This document shows, one piece after another, positions 34,164 through 43,703 of a stretch of DNA of 64,000 bases. Every line of letters starts with the position of its first letter. The first letter of the stretch is position 1. The notes under the pieces are model-generated. The model was not told the origin of the DNA. It saw only the letters and a list, made by a program, of their open reading frames with translations, and made no database searches. Position numbers and translations under genes: made by a program. The stretch comes from an uncultured Chloroflexia bacterium. GTDB lineage: Bacteria; Chloroflexota; Limnocylindria; Limnocylindrales; CSP1-4. The stretch is from contig CAVVJT010000010.1 in NCBI GenBank assembly GCA_963748625.1, forward strand, positions 992,001-1,056,000. The letters run 5' to 3'.

Positions 34164-34194
34164 ATACAAAGACCCTCGCCACCCGGCGAGGGTC
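34164..34194 (-). terminator. Attenuator terminator upstream of ilvB
   Basis: Minus strand gaccctcgcc-gggt-ggcgagggtc (perfect 10-bp stem) followed by tttgtat. Confidence 0.85.
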
Positions 34195-34219
34195 CCTTTG
34201 GTTCTCGGTGTCCGGCGCC

Positions 34220-34438
34220 TCAGTGGCTGCCGTCCTTCCGCGTTCCTCCGTTCTCCCGCCGGGAGCCGGTAATGAGGAGGCCAAGAAGGCCATCAAGCCC
34301 GGCGAGAAGGGAGCGAAGAAGGGATACGCCCTTGGAGTCCAGGTCGCTCAGGGGCACGGTCACGCGGCGGCCATCTGTCGTCACGACGACGGCGACCCGG
34401 TCCTTGCCGCTGAAGAAGCCCAAGCGTTCGACTCCCAT
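34220..34438 (-). CDS. ilv/leu operon leader peptide (72 aa, Val/Leu/Ile-rich)
   Basis: MGVERLGFFSGKDRVAVVVTTDGRRVTVPLSDLDSKGVSLLRSLLAGLDGLLGLLITGSRRENGGTRKDGSH. The Leu run uses many CTT codons. The ORF ends about 25 nt before the terminator. Confidence 0.75.
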   Translation of the reverse strand: MGVERLGFFSGKDRVAVVVTTDGRRVTVPLSDLDSKGVSLLRSLLAGLDGLLGLLITGSRRENGGTRKDGSH

Positions 34439-34566
34439 TGCCCGCGCTGCGGCGGGTGCGCGAAGTCTAGGGGACGCGCGTGCGTGCTGCAACCGCCGTG
34501 CCGAACCGCAACCTTCGGCCCGCGGGCGCTCCGGGGTCGGACCTACCTCGCCGGGCGGGGCACCCC

Positions 34567-34700
34567 AAGCCCCACTTTCGACCCTGGGGCGTCGGTTTGG
34601 GGCTTTCCCCGCCCCAATTCGACCGCCGGCGGCCCGGAATTGCCGCCAAAGGGGGCTTCCGGCGCCCCGGTTCGACGGGTGGGCGCAGCAACCGGGGCTT
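34567..34700. repeat. Array of three degenerate hairpin units GCCCC-N2-3-TTCGAC-variable-GGGGCTT
   Basis: Units at 34567-34606, 34611-34658 and 34664-34700. TTCGAC at 34577, 34618 and 34671. Confidence 0.7.
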
Positions 34701-34767
34701 CGCACGCCCCACACCGCGGGGAGCAGTCGCCAAGCGGGCAGTAAGCCTGCGCGTTCATTGTGGCGGC

Positions 34768-35492
34768 ATGACGACAGACAGGCAGAAGGCGGCGGCCGCC
34801 GTTACGAGCCGCATCTACACGAGGTTTCGCGATGACCTTCGCAGTCAAATGGACGATGCCGGTCTCTCCGCACGCCGTCTGGCCGCGGCCGCCGGGATGG
34901 ACCACGGATTCCTCGGCCGGATTCTCTCAGCCGACGTCCAGCCCAGCGTGGAGACGATGGCTCGCCTGTGCGTGACCCTGAACGTGGATCTCTCGCTCAA
35001 GCTCTTCCCCAACGCCGGGCCCCACATCCGGGATCGCTGGCAGGCACCCATGCTGGAGGAGGTGCTGCGGGTCCGGCACCCGCGCTGGGAGCCCTACCCG
35101 GAGGCCTTCGTCACGCGACCCGTCCAGGGCTGGATCGACGTCGCCCTCCACGAGCGCCGCGAGCGCGTGCTCCTCGCCACCGAGCTCCAGTCGGAGCTGC
35201 GCCGCCTCGAGCAACTCGTCCGCTGGCAGGCGGCCAAGGCCGGGTCGCTGCTGTCATGGGAAGGCTTCGACCGGCTGGGCGAGGAGCCCCGGATCTCGCA
35301 GCTGCTCATCGTCCGGCGCACGCGCGCCACCCGGGCCGTCGCAGCCGAGTACCAGCGCCAACTGCTCGCGGCCTTCCCCGCACACCCCGACGACGCGATC
35401 GTGGCACTGACCGGGACGAACCCGTGGCCCGGCGCCGCCCTCGCCTGGATGGTGGTGGATGCGCAGGGGCGCGGCTCGTGCCGGGGCGGTGA
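34768..35492 (+). CDS. XRE-family HTH fused to a PD-(D/E)xK-like domain (copy 2); probable single-G deletion near 35466-35470
   Basis: [43 protein letters not shown] (copy 1: IKLFPTDGPRIRDHRQARMLE), [11 protein letters not shown]...[15 protein letters not shown]. Restoring one G gives the C-terminus [10 protein letters not shown]. Confidence 0.75.
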
Positions 35493-35553
35493 GCGCTGGT
35501 ACCCTAGGGCGCCCCGCCCCCGAAGCAAGACCCGCAGCATGAAAAGACACGCG

Positions 35554-36996
35554 ATGACCCGACCGCGCACCCTCGTCGAGAAGATCTGGGACCAGCACGT
35601 CGTCACCGAGGACGACGGCGCCCCCGCCCTCCTCGCCATCGACCTCCACCTCGTCCACGAGGTGACCAGCCCCCAGGCCTTCACCGGGCTCCGGACCCGG
35701 GACGCCAAGGTCCGCCGCCCGGACAAGACCGTCGCCACCGCCGACCACAGCACGCCCACGACGCCCCGCGGCCTGCCGATCCTGGACCTCCAGGGCGCAG
35801 CCCAGATCAAGCAGCTCGAGACGAACTGCGCTGACTTCGGCATCCCGATCCACGCCTACGGCAGCGACACCCAGGGCATCGTCCACGTCATCGGCCCGGA
35901 GCTCGGCCTGACGCAGCCCGGCATGACCATCGTCTGCGGCGACTCCCACACGGCCACCCACGGCGCGTTCGGCGCGCTGGCCTTCGGCATCGGGACGAGC
36001 GAGGTCGAGATGGTCCTCGCCACCCAGACCCTGCTGCAGCGCAAGCCGAAGACCTACGAGGTCCGCGTCGACGGCACCCTCAAGCCGGGCGTCTCCGCGA
36101 AGGACATCATCCTCGCCCTGATCGCCCGGATCGGCACCGGTGGCGGGACCGGCCACGTCTTCGAGTTCACCGGCGAGGCCATCCGCGCGCTCAACATGGA
36201 GCAGCGGATGACCATCTGCAACATGAGCATCGAGGGCGGCGCGCGGGCCGGCCTGGTCGCCCCCGACGACGTCACCTACGAGTACCTCCGCGGCCGCAGG
36301 CATGCCCCCCAAGGCGAAGCCTTCGACGAGGCCGTCGCGCGCTGGCGCCAGCTCCCGAGCGACGACGGCGCCGTCTACGACAAGACGATCGTCATCGACG
36401 CCGACACGCTCGAGCCGATGGTCACCTACGGCACCAACCCGGGCATGGGCATCCCGGTGACCGGCCACATCCCGACCTCGGACGAGATGCCCGACGACTC
36501 GGCCCGCCGCGGCCTCGAGAAGAGCCTCGCCTACATGAACCTGACCCCCGGCCAGGCGATCGCGGGCCAGCCGGTCGATGTCGTCTTCATCGGCTCCTGC
36601 ACGAACAGCCGCATCAGCGACCTCCGCCTCGCCGCCGCCGTCCTCAAGGGCCACAAGGTCGCAGAGACCACCCGCGTCATGATCGTCCCGGGCTCCCAGC
36701 AGGTGAAGGCCCAGGCTGAGCGCGAGGGCCTCGACGAGATCTTCAAGGCTGCCGGCGCCGAGTGGCGCGAGGCCGGCTGCTCGATGTGCCTCGCCATGAA
36801 CGGCGACCAGCTCTCCCCCGGGCAGTACGCCGTGAGCACGTCCAACCGCAACTTCGAGGGCCGCCAGGGCAAGGGCGGCCGCACGTTCCTCGCCAGCCCG
36901 CTGACCGCGGCCGCCTCGGCGATCAACGGCGTCGTCACCGATCCCCGCACCATCGAAGGCGTCGAGGACCTGGTCACCGTCGGCGGAGGGTACTGA
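35554..36996 (+). CDS. leuC: 3-isopropylmalate dehydratase large subunit
   Basis: [49 protein letters not shown]. Confidence 0.96.
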   Translation: MTRPRTLVEKIWDQHVVTEDDGAPALLAIDLHLVHEVTSPQAFTGLRTRDAKVRRPDKTVATADHSTPTTPRGLPILDLQGAAQIKQLETNCADFGIPIHAYGSDTQGIVHVIGPELGLTQPGMTIVCGDSHTATHGAFGALAFGIGTSEVEMVLATQTLLQRKPKTYEVRVDGTLKPGVSAKDIILALIARIGTGGGTGHVFEFTGEAIRALNMEQRMTICNMSIEGGARAGLVAPDDVTYEYLRGRRHAPQGEAFDEAVARWRQLPSDDGAVYDKTIVIDADTLEPMVTYGTNPGMGIPVTGHIPTSDEMPDDSARRGLEKSLAYMNLTPGQAIAGQPVDVVFIGSCTNSRISDLRLAAAVLKGHKVAETTRVMIVPGSQQVKAQAEREGLDEIFKAAGAEWREAGCSMCLAMNGDQLSPGQYAVSTSNRNFEGRQGKGGRTFLASPLTAAASAINGVVTDPRTIEGVEDLVTVGGGY

Positions 36997-36997
36997 G

Positions 36998-37630
36998 ATG
37001 CCGGAGCCGTTCGTCTCCTTCTCCAGCAAGGCGGTTCCGATCCGCGCCGAGAACGTCGACACGGACCAGATCGTCCCCGCGCGCTACCTCAAGGTCACGA
37101 ACAAGGACGGCCTCGCCGACGCCCTCTTCCACGACTGGCGCTACAACGAGGACGGCACCCTCAAGGAGCCGCGCTTCATCATCGACGAGCCACAGCACGC
37201 GGGCGCCAGGATCCTTGTCGTCGGCGACAACTTCGGCTCCGGGTCCTCGCGCGAGCACGCGCCGTGGGCGCTCCGGGCGTGGGGCATCCAGGCCATCTTC
37301 TCCACCTCGTATGCGGACATCTTCAGGAGCAACAGCCTCAAGAACGGCGTGCTCCCGATCGTGGTCGACAAGGCCACGCATGAGCGCCTGTTCGCCATGG
37401 TCGAGGCCGACCCCGATGCCGAGTTTCGCGTGGACCTCGCCGAGCAGGGCGTTCTCCTGCCGGACGGCAGCACGCTCGACTTCGACATCGACCCGTTCAG
37501 CAAGGTGATGCTGATGGCCGGCACCGACGAGATCGGCTACGTCCTCTCCAAGAGCGACGCGATCGCCGCTTGGGAGCAGGCGAACCCGTCCCGCATCGAC
37601 ACGCGCGCAGGCTCGCCGCTCGCGGTCTGA
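36998..37630 (+). CDS. leuD: 3-isopropylmalate dehydratase small subunit
   Basis: NVDTDQIVPARYLK, NFGSGSSREHAPWAL, ADIFRSNSLKNG. Confidence 0.96.
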   Translation: MPEPFVSFSSKAVPIRAENVDTDQIVPARYLKVTNKDGLADALFHDWRYNEDGTLKEPRFIIDEPQHAGARILVVGDNFGSGSSREHAPWALRAWGIQAIFSTSYADIFRSNSLKNGVLPIVVDKATHERLFAMVEADPDAEFRVDLAEQGVLLPDGSTLDFDIDPFSKVMLMAGTDEIGYVLSKSDAIAAWEQANPSRIDTRAGSPLAV

Positions 37631-37818
37631 ACGCCCGTGCTGCTCGTGCGCACCACCTGTCGAAGTTTGGCGCAACTGGACCCTCGACTCAGCCCGGCGT
37701 CCGGCTAGGATCGGGCTTCACAGCAGGCCGCACGGGCGCGGCCGGCGTCCCCCTCCGAGGGGCTCATCGACACCGGACCGCAGACACGGTCTGGCGCAGG
37801 GCAGGGAGAGACCACACC

Positions 37819-39753
37819 GTGTCATCGTCCGCCACCGGTTCGCGCCGGCCGATCCGCCACACCATCGTCCGTGCGGTCACCGCACTGCTGCTCGCCGTGG
37901 CGCTGCTTGGCGCACCGGTGGGCGCGAAGCCAGCCACGGGTGCTGGTGGCGGCTGGTACGAGGGCGCCATCCAGTACTCGTACGTCACCAACTGCGTGAG
38001 CATCATCCAGGGTCTGCCCTACCTGGAGCTCGGCGCGGGCGTCTATGTCGGCTACTACGCGAACCCGGACACCAGCCTCCCGGCCGTCAACCAGGTCTAC
38101 TACGTCCACGCCGTGATGTACGGCCTCGGCAACGCCTGCTCGGGCCAGTACGGCGCCCCGTATCTCGTCCTGCCGAAGAACACGCAGCTCGCGATCTCGG
38201 GCACCAACCCGGTGCGCTGCTACACGGCGCAGGGCCAGGACACCGTCAACTGCCCCCAGAGCCTCCCGTTCAACTCAGGCTACGGCGGCTACCTGATCAA
38301 GCCCACGTCCCAGACGATGTGGCCGCTGCCCCAGGGCGGTGCCTGGGAGTTCCAGGTGCCGGTGATCTCGTCCACCACCCTCACGAGCGAGCCATTCGGC
38401 GCCTACTTCGTCATGGCCGACGGGAACGCCAACCCCACCATCCCTGCCAGCCAGAATGTCTTCGTGTTCAGCGGGACGTCCAACCCGAAGCCGGCCATCG
38501 TCTATCCCACCCCCACGACGCGCGAGATCACGCGGACCGCAGCCAAGAGCTACGCGAACATCTACACCGGCGGCCTCGGCGGGACCGTCCACTTCCAGCT
38601 GGGCACGACGGCCTCGTACGGAGCCTACGAGAGCAGCTTCCACCTCGACGCCGGGCAGGCGAACTGGGAGCTCTTCGACGACTGGACGCCCACGGTCCTG
38701 ACTCCCGACACCCTCTACCACTTCCGCATGTGGTTCGATCCCGACACAACCGGGCTCGCGAACGTCTTCGGCACCGACCAGACCTTCCGCACCCTCGGCG
38801 CCGCCAGGACCTTTGCAGTCGGCGGGCTCGCGGGCGGCCAGCCGGGCGGCACCGCGCTCACCGTCACCGTCACAGCGAAGGACGCCTCCGCGGCCCCGCA
38901 GACCTCGACCACCTATCGCGGCACCGTCCAGTTCTCCAGCGACGACGTCAACGCCCAACTCCCCGCCGACTACACCTTCACCGCGGGCGACAACGGCAGC
39001 AAGACGTTCACCGTCAAGTTCATGACCGCGGGGACCCACACGCTGACGGTCCGCGACAAGGCCGACTCCTCGATCACGGGCGCCCAGGGCGGCGTCTCGG
39101 TCACGAGCACGGTCACCCCGCCCACCGCGACGATCACCGCCCTGTCCGCGTGGAAGGCGAGCCTCTCAACCGCCGTCGCCTGGAACGGCGCCGGCGGTGC
39201 CGTCAACTACGACGTCCGCTACCGCAAGGCGGCGTACAGCGGCGCGTTCGGCAGCCCGGTCGTCTGGAAGTCGGCCACGACGGCAAAGAGCGGGACCTTC
39301 GCGGCCGCCGCAGGCTCCACGTACTGCTGGTCCGCGCGCTCGCGGGCCACCTCCGGGGCCGTATCCGCCTGGACGAAGGAGACCTGCACGGCGATCCCGC
39401 TCGACGAGCGCTCGATGACGAAGTCCGGCCGCTGGACGGCGGGATCAGGCTCCGCGTACTACAAGAGCACGTACCTGCGCTCGACCACCAAGGGCGCCAA
39501 GCTCACCCGCAGCGGCACCCAGGCGAAGCGCATCGCCCTCGTGGCCCAGACCTGCCCGACGTGCGGCAAGGCGAGCGTCTATCTCAACGGGACCCTGCTC
39601 AAGACGGTCAGCCTGGTGTCGTCCACCACCAGGAACAAGCGGATCATCCCGATCGCCACGTTCAGCGACGTCCGCACCGGGACCTTGGTCGTCAAGGTGG
39701 CGACCAGCGGCAAGAAGGTCCTGGTGGACGGGGTCGTGATCAGCCGGAACTAG
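37819..39753 (+). CDS. Secreted beta-rich surface protein with Ig/FN3-like domains
   Basis: Signal peptide (RAVTALLLAVALLGAPVGA), Thr/Ser/Tyr-rich sequence, LTPDTLYHFR (FN3-like), YRGTVQFSSDD...LPADYTFT (Ig-like). GGGAGAG RBS. Confidence 0.7.
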   Translation: MSSSATGSRRPIRHTIVRAVTALLLAVALLGAPVGAKPATGAGGGWYEGAIQYSYVTNCVSIIQGLPYLELGAGVYVGYYANPDTSLPAVNQVYYVHAVMYGLGNACSGQYGAPYLVLPKNTQLAISGTNPVRCYTAQGQDTVNCPQSLPFNSGYGGYLIKPTSQTMWPLPQGGAWEFQVPVISSTTLTSEPFGAYFVMADGNANPTIPASQNVFVFSGTSNPKPAIVYPTPTTREITRTAAKSYANIYTGGLGGTVHFQLGTTASYGAYESSFHLDAGQANWELFDDWTPTVLTPDTLYHFRMWFDPDTTGLANVFGTDQTFRTLGAARTFAVGGLAGGQPGGTALTVTVTAKDASAAPQTSTTYRGTVQFSSDDVNAQLPADYTFTAGDNGSKTFTVKFMTAGTHTLTVRDKADSSITGAQGGVSVTSTVTPPTATITALSAWKASLSTAVAWNGAGGAVNYDVRYRKAAYSGAFGSPVVWKSATTAKSGTFAAAAGSTYCWSARSRATSGAVSAWTKETCTAIPLDERSMTKSGRWTAGSGSAYYKSTYLRSTTKGAKLTRSGTQAKRIALVAQTCPTCGKASVYLNGTLLKTVSLVSSTTRNKRIIPIATFSDVRTGTLVVKVATSGKKVLVDGVVISRN

Positions 39754-42296
39754 GAGGCGCCAGGCCCACCGGAGTCTGGGTCGGCTTCGACCTGCACCTG
39801 GCCGGTCATCCCGTCCACGAGCACCGTCGCGCCGTCAGGGATCGACGTCGTCGCCTCGTGCACGGACACCACGCACGGGATGCCGTACTCGCGGGCCACC
39901 ACTGCGGCGTGGGACAGGATGCCACCGGCCTCGGTCACGACGGCTGATGCCCGCCCGAACAGCGGCGTCCAGGCGACATCGGCAAACGGCACCACGAGGA
40001 CGTCGCCGGGCTGGACACGCCCGACGTCCGTGACGCCGGTGACCACCCGCGCGGGTCCGCGGGCCGTGCCGCGTGCCGCCGGGATCCCGGTGAGGACGGC
40101 GGCCCGCCCGTCGGCAGGGAGCGGCACGAAGGCGTCGCCGTACACGATGGGCGGCACCACCAGGTTCGCCGCCTGCTCCACCTCCTGGCGACGGGTGCGG
40201 ACGACCTCGGCCGGGATGCCGGCTGGGATCGGGTCGCCGGCGACGATGGCGCGCAGCTCGTCCAGGCGCAGCTCCATCACGTCCTCGGGCCGGTCCAGGA
40301 CGCCTCGCTCCACGAGGCCGACGCCGAGGGCCAGGAAGGCCGGTCGGAAGAGGCCGTAGGCCCGCGCCCAGGCGGCACCGACGGCATCGCGATACACGCG
40401 GAAGGCGCCTGCCCGCCGCCACAGGAGCCGGACGAGCGGGCGTTGCGCGGGCGGCGTCCGCTCAAGCAGATCTGCGAAGCCGCCATCGGCCCGACCTGAC
40501 GCCGGGGACAGGTGGGCACAAGCGAGCCGCACGACATCGTCCGGGCGCTCCCGCCAGGCCGGCCGGGAGAGGTCGTTCGGGCTGTCCGAGAGGAGTCCAT
40601 CGCGGGCCAGGTAGGCCTTGAGCGCCGCGCCGAAGGTCGCCAGGCCGTGGTCATCGTCCGCCGCGACCGCCCCCTGGTCCTCGAGCTTCGCTCGTGCCTC
40701 GGGTGGCAGCGCCGCCGCGGCTGCGGCCAGCCGCCCCATGGCGGCCCCCGGGCCCCACGCACCGCGGTCGGCCCGCCCGGCGGTGGGGTCCAGCTCGAGT
40801 GGATCAACCCCGGTCCGGGTCGCCCAGCGGGCGAGCGCACGGTCGTAGAGCGCCATCGCCAGCGGTACGACGATGTTGGCGTATGCCGCCCGGCGGGCCA
40901 GCGCCGCCACCGCGTCCACGTGCGCCACCAGCGCAGGCCCGTCGAGACGCTCGACCTCCACGGCAGCCAGAGCCTGGGTCTCGACCTCCAGCGCACCGAT
41001 CTCGGCGCGCGCCCACCGCCCCCGGGCCAGGGTCCGTCGCGCGGTGGCGGCCAGCCGCGGCAGGTGCCGGACGGCCGAGTTGCCGGGTCGGAAGCGCGGC
41101 GCTTCGGGGCCCTTGGGCAGGCCGAGCAGCAGCTCCAAGGTGTCGAACGGCATGCCCACCGCCTCGAACACGCCGCCGATGGTGGTCATGTCGAAGTAGG
41201 CGCGGTAGCCGAACGACCGGGCAAGATCCTCGGGAGCCAGGTCGAGCGGCCCGACGAGCTCCTCCAGCACGCGCAGCCAGGCCGAGTTCACCACCGGGAT
41301 GTTCACCGACCACACGAGCGGCCGGATCACCCCGGGGAGGACGTCCCGGGCAATGCGGTTGGAGTAGATCCGGAGCCCTGTCAGCCCCGTCATGGGGCGC
41401 ACCTGCAGCCACCAGGTCGCGCTGCCGTCGTTCGCCCACTCGAGATCGACAGGATGCCCGGCGAGTCGCGCGAGCCGGCGCGTCTCGCGGACCACCTCCT
41501 CGATGACCGGTCCTGGCACGCGCGGCGCCGTCGGCGACTCGGTGAACGCACCCCAGCGCCAGACCCAGCGATCGGGCGTGGCGCCGTCGTCGGCGATCCG
41601 GTCCCCCCGGGCATCGAGCGCCTCGACGACCACCTCATCGAGACCGGTGAGCGGGTTGCGGCTGAACGCGATGCCCGCGCTGGACCGGGGCACCATCGAC
41701 TGGACGATCACGCCCACCCGGGTCGGGACCGGGACGCCGAGCCGCTCGGCGTACGCTGCGAGCCGGGCGCCGTCCGGCGTGGCGACCTCGCGGACCGCCG
41801 CAAGCACACCGTCGGCCGGCACGTCCAGCCGGCTCTCGAACTGCCCGGCGAACGAGCGGAGCTCCCCGTCCTCGCCCTCCGCCGACGAGCGCACCGCGTA
41901 GGTCCCAGCAGGGTCGAGCCACCGCCGAAGGGCTCCAGCGGTCAGCTCCGTGGCAAGCGTCTCGCCGGCCGCCGCCCTGCCAGCGATGTCGGCGGGCACG
42001 GCGACCGCGGGCGGGACCGGGACGCCGGCACGGGCGAGCCACCCGATCGAGGCCGCCTTGGCACCCACCGCCGCGAGGTCCGGCCGCGACTTGGCCCCGA
42101 GGTCCACGAGGGGCCTCGAGGGCGGGCCATGGCTGGCGCCCCGATCCGCGCGGGGATCGCGGGCGGGAGCGGCGGGTTCGGCCGGACGCGGGCCTGGCGC
42201 CGTTCCGAGCCCTCCACCCGCGCTCGTCGCGGCCTCCGTGGCCCGGCGGCTCGCGGGAGCCGCACGCCCCTTGTCGTGATCGCCGCCGTGACCCAC
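39750..42296 (-). CDS. PEP-utilising enzyme with PEP/pyruvate-binding ATP-grasp and C-terminal swivelling His domain (rifampin phosphotransferase-like architecture); start uncertain
   Basis: GAKAASI, YAVRSSAEGED...SFAGQFES, DLEWA...LQVRPMT, and EAGGILSHAAVVAREYGIPCV. Confidence 0.8.
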   Translation of the reverse strand: MGHGGDHDKGRAAPASRRATEAATSAGGGLGTAPGPRPAEPAAPARDPRADRGASHGPPSRPLVDLGAKSRPDLAAVGAKAASIGWLARAGVPVPPAVAVPADIAGRAAAGETLATELTAGALRRWLDPAGTYAVRSSAEGEDGELRSFAGQFESRLDVPADGVLAAVREVATPDGARLAAYAERLGVPVPTRVGVIVQSMVPRSSAGIAFSRNPLTGLDEVVVEALDARGDRIADDGATPDRWVWRWGAFTESPTAPRVPGPVIEEVVRETRRLARLAGHPVDLEWANDGSATWWLQVRPMTGLTGLRIYSNRIARDVLPGVIRPLVWSVNIPVVNSAWLRVLEELVGPLDLAPEDLARSFGYRAYFDMTTIGGVFEAVGMPFDTLELLLGLPKGPEAPRFRPGNSAVRHLPRLAATARRTLARGRWARAEIGALEVETQALAAVEVERLDGPALVAHVDAVAALARRAAYANIVVPLAMALYDRALARWATRTGVDPLELDPTAGRADRGAWGPGAAMGRLAAAAAALPPEARAKLEDQGAVAADDDHGLATFGAALKAYLARDGLLSDSPNDLSRPAWRERPDDVVRLACAHLSPASGRADGGFADLLERTPPAQRPLVRLLWRRAGAFRVYRDAVGAAWARAYGLFRPAFLALGVGLVERGVLDRPEDVMELRLDELRAIVAGDPIPAGIPAEVVRTRRQEVEQAANLVVPPIVYGDAFVPLPADGRAAVLTGIPAARGTARGPARVVTGVTDVGRVQPGDVLVVPFADVAWTPLFGRASAVVTEAGGILSHAAVVAREYGIPCVVSVHEATTSIPDGATVLVDGMTGQVQVEADPDSGGPGAS

Positions 42297-42300
42297 CGGC

Positions 42301-43464
42301 CTACCCGGCCGCGGCGCCGTCGACGAGCGGGGCGATCCATGCCGCTGCCAGCCGCATGAGCTCCGCGTCATCGTTGAGGCTGGAGAGGTGCAGCACCTCG
42401 ACCCCGGGGTGCTCCTTGAGGAGACGCTCGGTCGTGTAGCCGACGTCGAGGATCGTCTCGTGGTTGTCGGTGACGAACCCGATCGGGACGTACACGATCG
42501 CGCGCGCGCCGGTGGTCACCAGGTTCCGCGCAGCCTGGAGCATGTCGGGCTGGGTCCAGCGCCCGGGCGTCGGGTGGTTCATCCAGCCCACGCTGATGTT
42601 CGGGAACTCGTGCCACAGCCGTTCCTTGACGGCGTGGTAGAGCGTGCGGCTGTCCCGGATGCCAGTCTCGAACCCCTTCGCCTTGTACGGGCACCCGTGG
42701 TTCAGGAGCACGACCCCGATCTGGGAGCTCGCGAGCCGCTGGCGCAGTGGCGCCACGCCGTCCCGGATGTGGCGGGCGAGGCGGTCGTGGTAGTCCGGCC
42801 GGTCATGGAAGCTTGGGAGGTACCGCAGCTCACGGACCCAGCCGCCGTCGTCACCCAGGGCGTTGTTGACCTGCTCGATCGAGAGGCCGCCCGTGTAGAC
42901 GCTGTCCACGACCAGCAGCGGGTAGATGACGAGCCGGTCGAATCCGGCGGCGCGGATCCGCGGCAGGACCTGCTCGGGCAGATAGCCGTCGCAGAAGTTG
43001 AGCGCCGTGAACACCTCGACGCGATCGCCGTACTGCTCGGCGAGGGCTGCGGCGATCCCGGCCCGCTGGCGCTCGAAAATGGCGTTGTGGGGCGACACGA
43101 AGTGGTTCGCCTTCTCGTACTCGGCTCGCGCGCGCCGGGCAAGGCGCCGCGACATGAACGGGACCGCCCGGTCCGGCAGCCGCACGGACTTGCTCACCAG
43201 CAGGCGCAGGGACAGGGCGTTGTAGTCGGCCAGGTCCGCCGAGTCCTCGACCTCGCCGTAGCCGCACAGCAGGACGGCCACCCTCGGCCCCTGGGACTGC
43301 TCGGCGTGAACGTGCTCACCGGCGCCCTCGGGGTGGTCGTGACCGTGCTCGTGATCGTGATCGTGGTCGTGGTCGTGGTCGTGGGCAGGCGCCCCGACCG
43401 GGGCCACACCGGAATCCTCGGCGGCGGCTCCCTGCTGGGGGCTGGCGGACCGCTTCCCGCTCAT
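42301..43464 (-). CDS. Ferrochelatase-like class II chelatase with His/Asp-rich N-terminus
   Basis: VAVLLCGYG, IYPL, LLNHGCP, WTQP, VPIGFVTDNHETILDV. N-terminal HDHDHDHDHEHGHDH. Confidence 0.8.
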   Translation of the reverse strand: MSGKRSASPQQGAAAEDSGVAPVGAPAHDHDHDHDHDHEHGHDHPEGAGEHVHAEQSQGPRVAVLLCGYGEVEDSADLADYNALSLRLLVSKSVRLPDRAVPFMSRRLARRARAEYEKANHFVSPHNAIFERQRAGIAAALAEQYGDRVEVFTALNFCDGYLPEQVLPRIRAAGFDRLVIYPLLVVDSVYTGGLSIEQVNNALGDDGGWVRELRYLPSFHDRPDYHDRLARHIRDGVAPLRQRLASSQIGVVLLNHGCPYKAKGFETGIRDSRTLYHAVKERLWHEFPNISVGWMNHPTPGRWTQPDMLQAARNLVTTGARAIVYVPIGFVTDNHETILDVGYTTERLLKEHPGVEVLHLSSLNDDAELMRLAAAWIAPLVDGAAAG

Positions 43465-43594
43465 GCTCACCTCGCGACACGCAGACGAGCGGCGGGCTCG
43501 GGTCGCCGCTATGGACAGTGATCGTGCCACATCAGGTTCGCTCGGTCCAAGCAGCGGCTCCGAACCCGTCCGCCGACCCAGCGTCATCTGCACC

Positions 43595-43668
43595 GCGCCA
43601 CTCCGGCGCCCCAGCGCCACTCCGGCGCCCCGCGCCAGTCCGGCGCCCCGCGCCAGTCCGGCGCCCCA
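43595..43668. repeat. 18-19-bp tandem repeat x4 in the divergent intergenic region
   Basis: gcgcca(c/g)tccggcgcccc repeated four times. Confidence 0.85.
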
Positions 43669-43703
43669 CGGCGCTATCGCGGAACCTCGTCGATACTCCC
43701 GAC

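Noticed and set aside
34480-36996. Apparent 838-aa HTH-nuclease::LeuC fusion
   Set aside because: Adding one G to the GGGG run at about 35466-35469 gives a natural C-terminus (GARLVPGR*) comparable to the paralog's TRLLDG end, and LeuC has its own typical start at 35554. A homopolymer error is most likely; raw reads would settle it.
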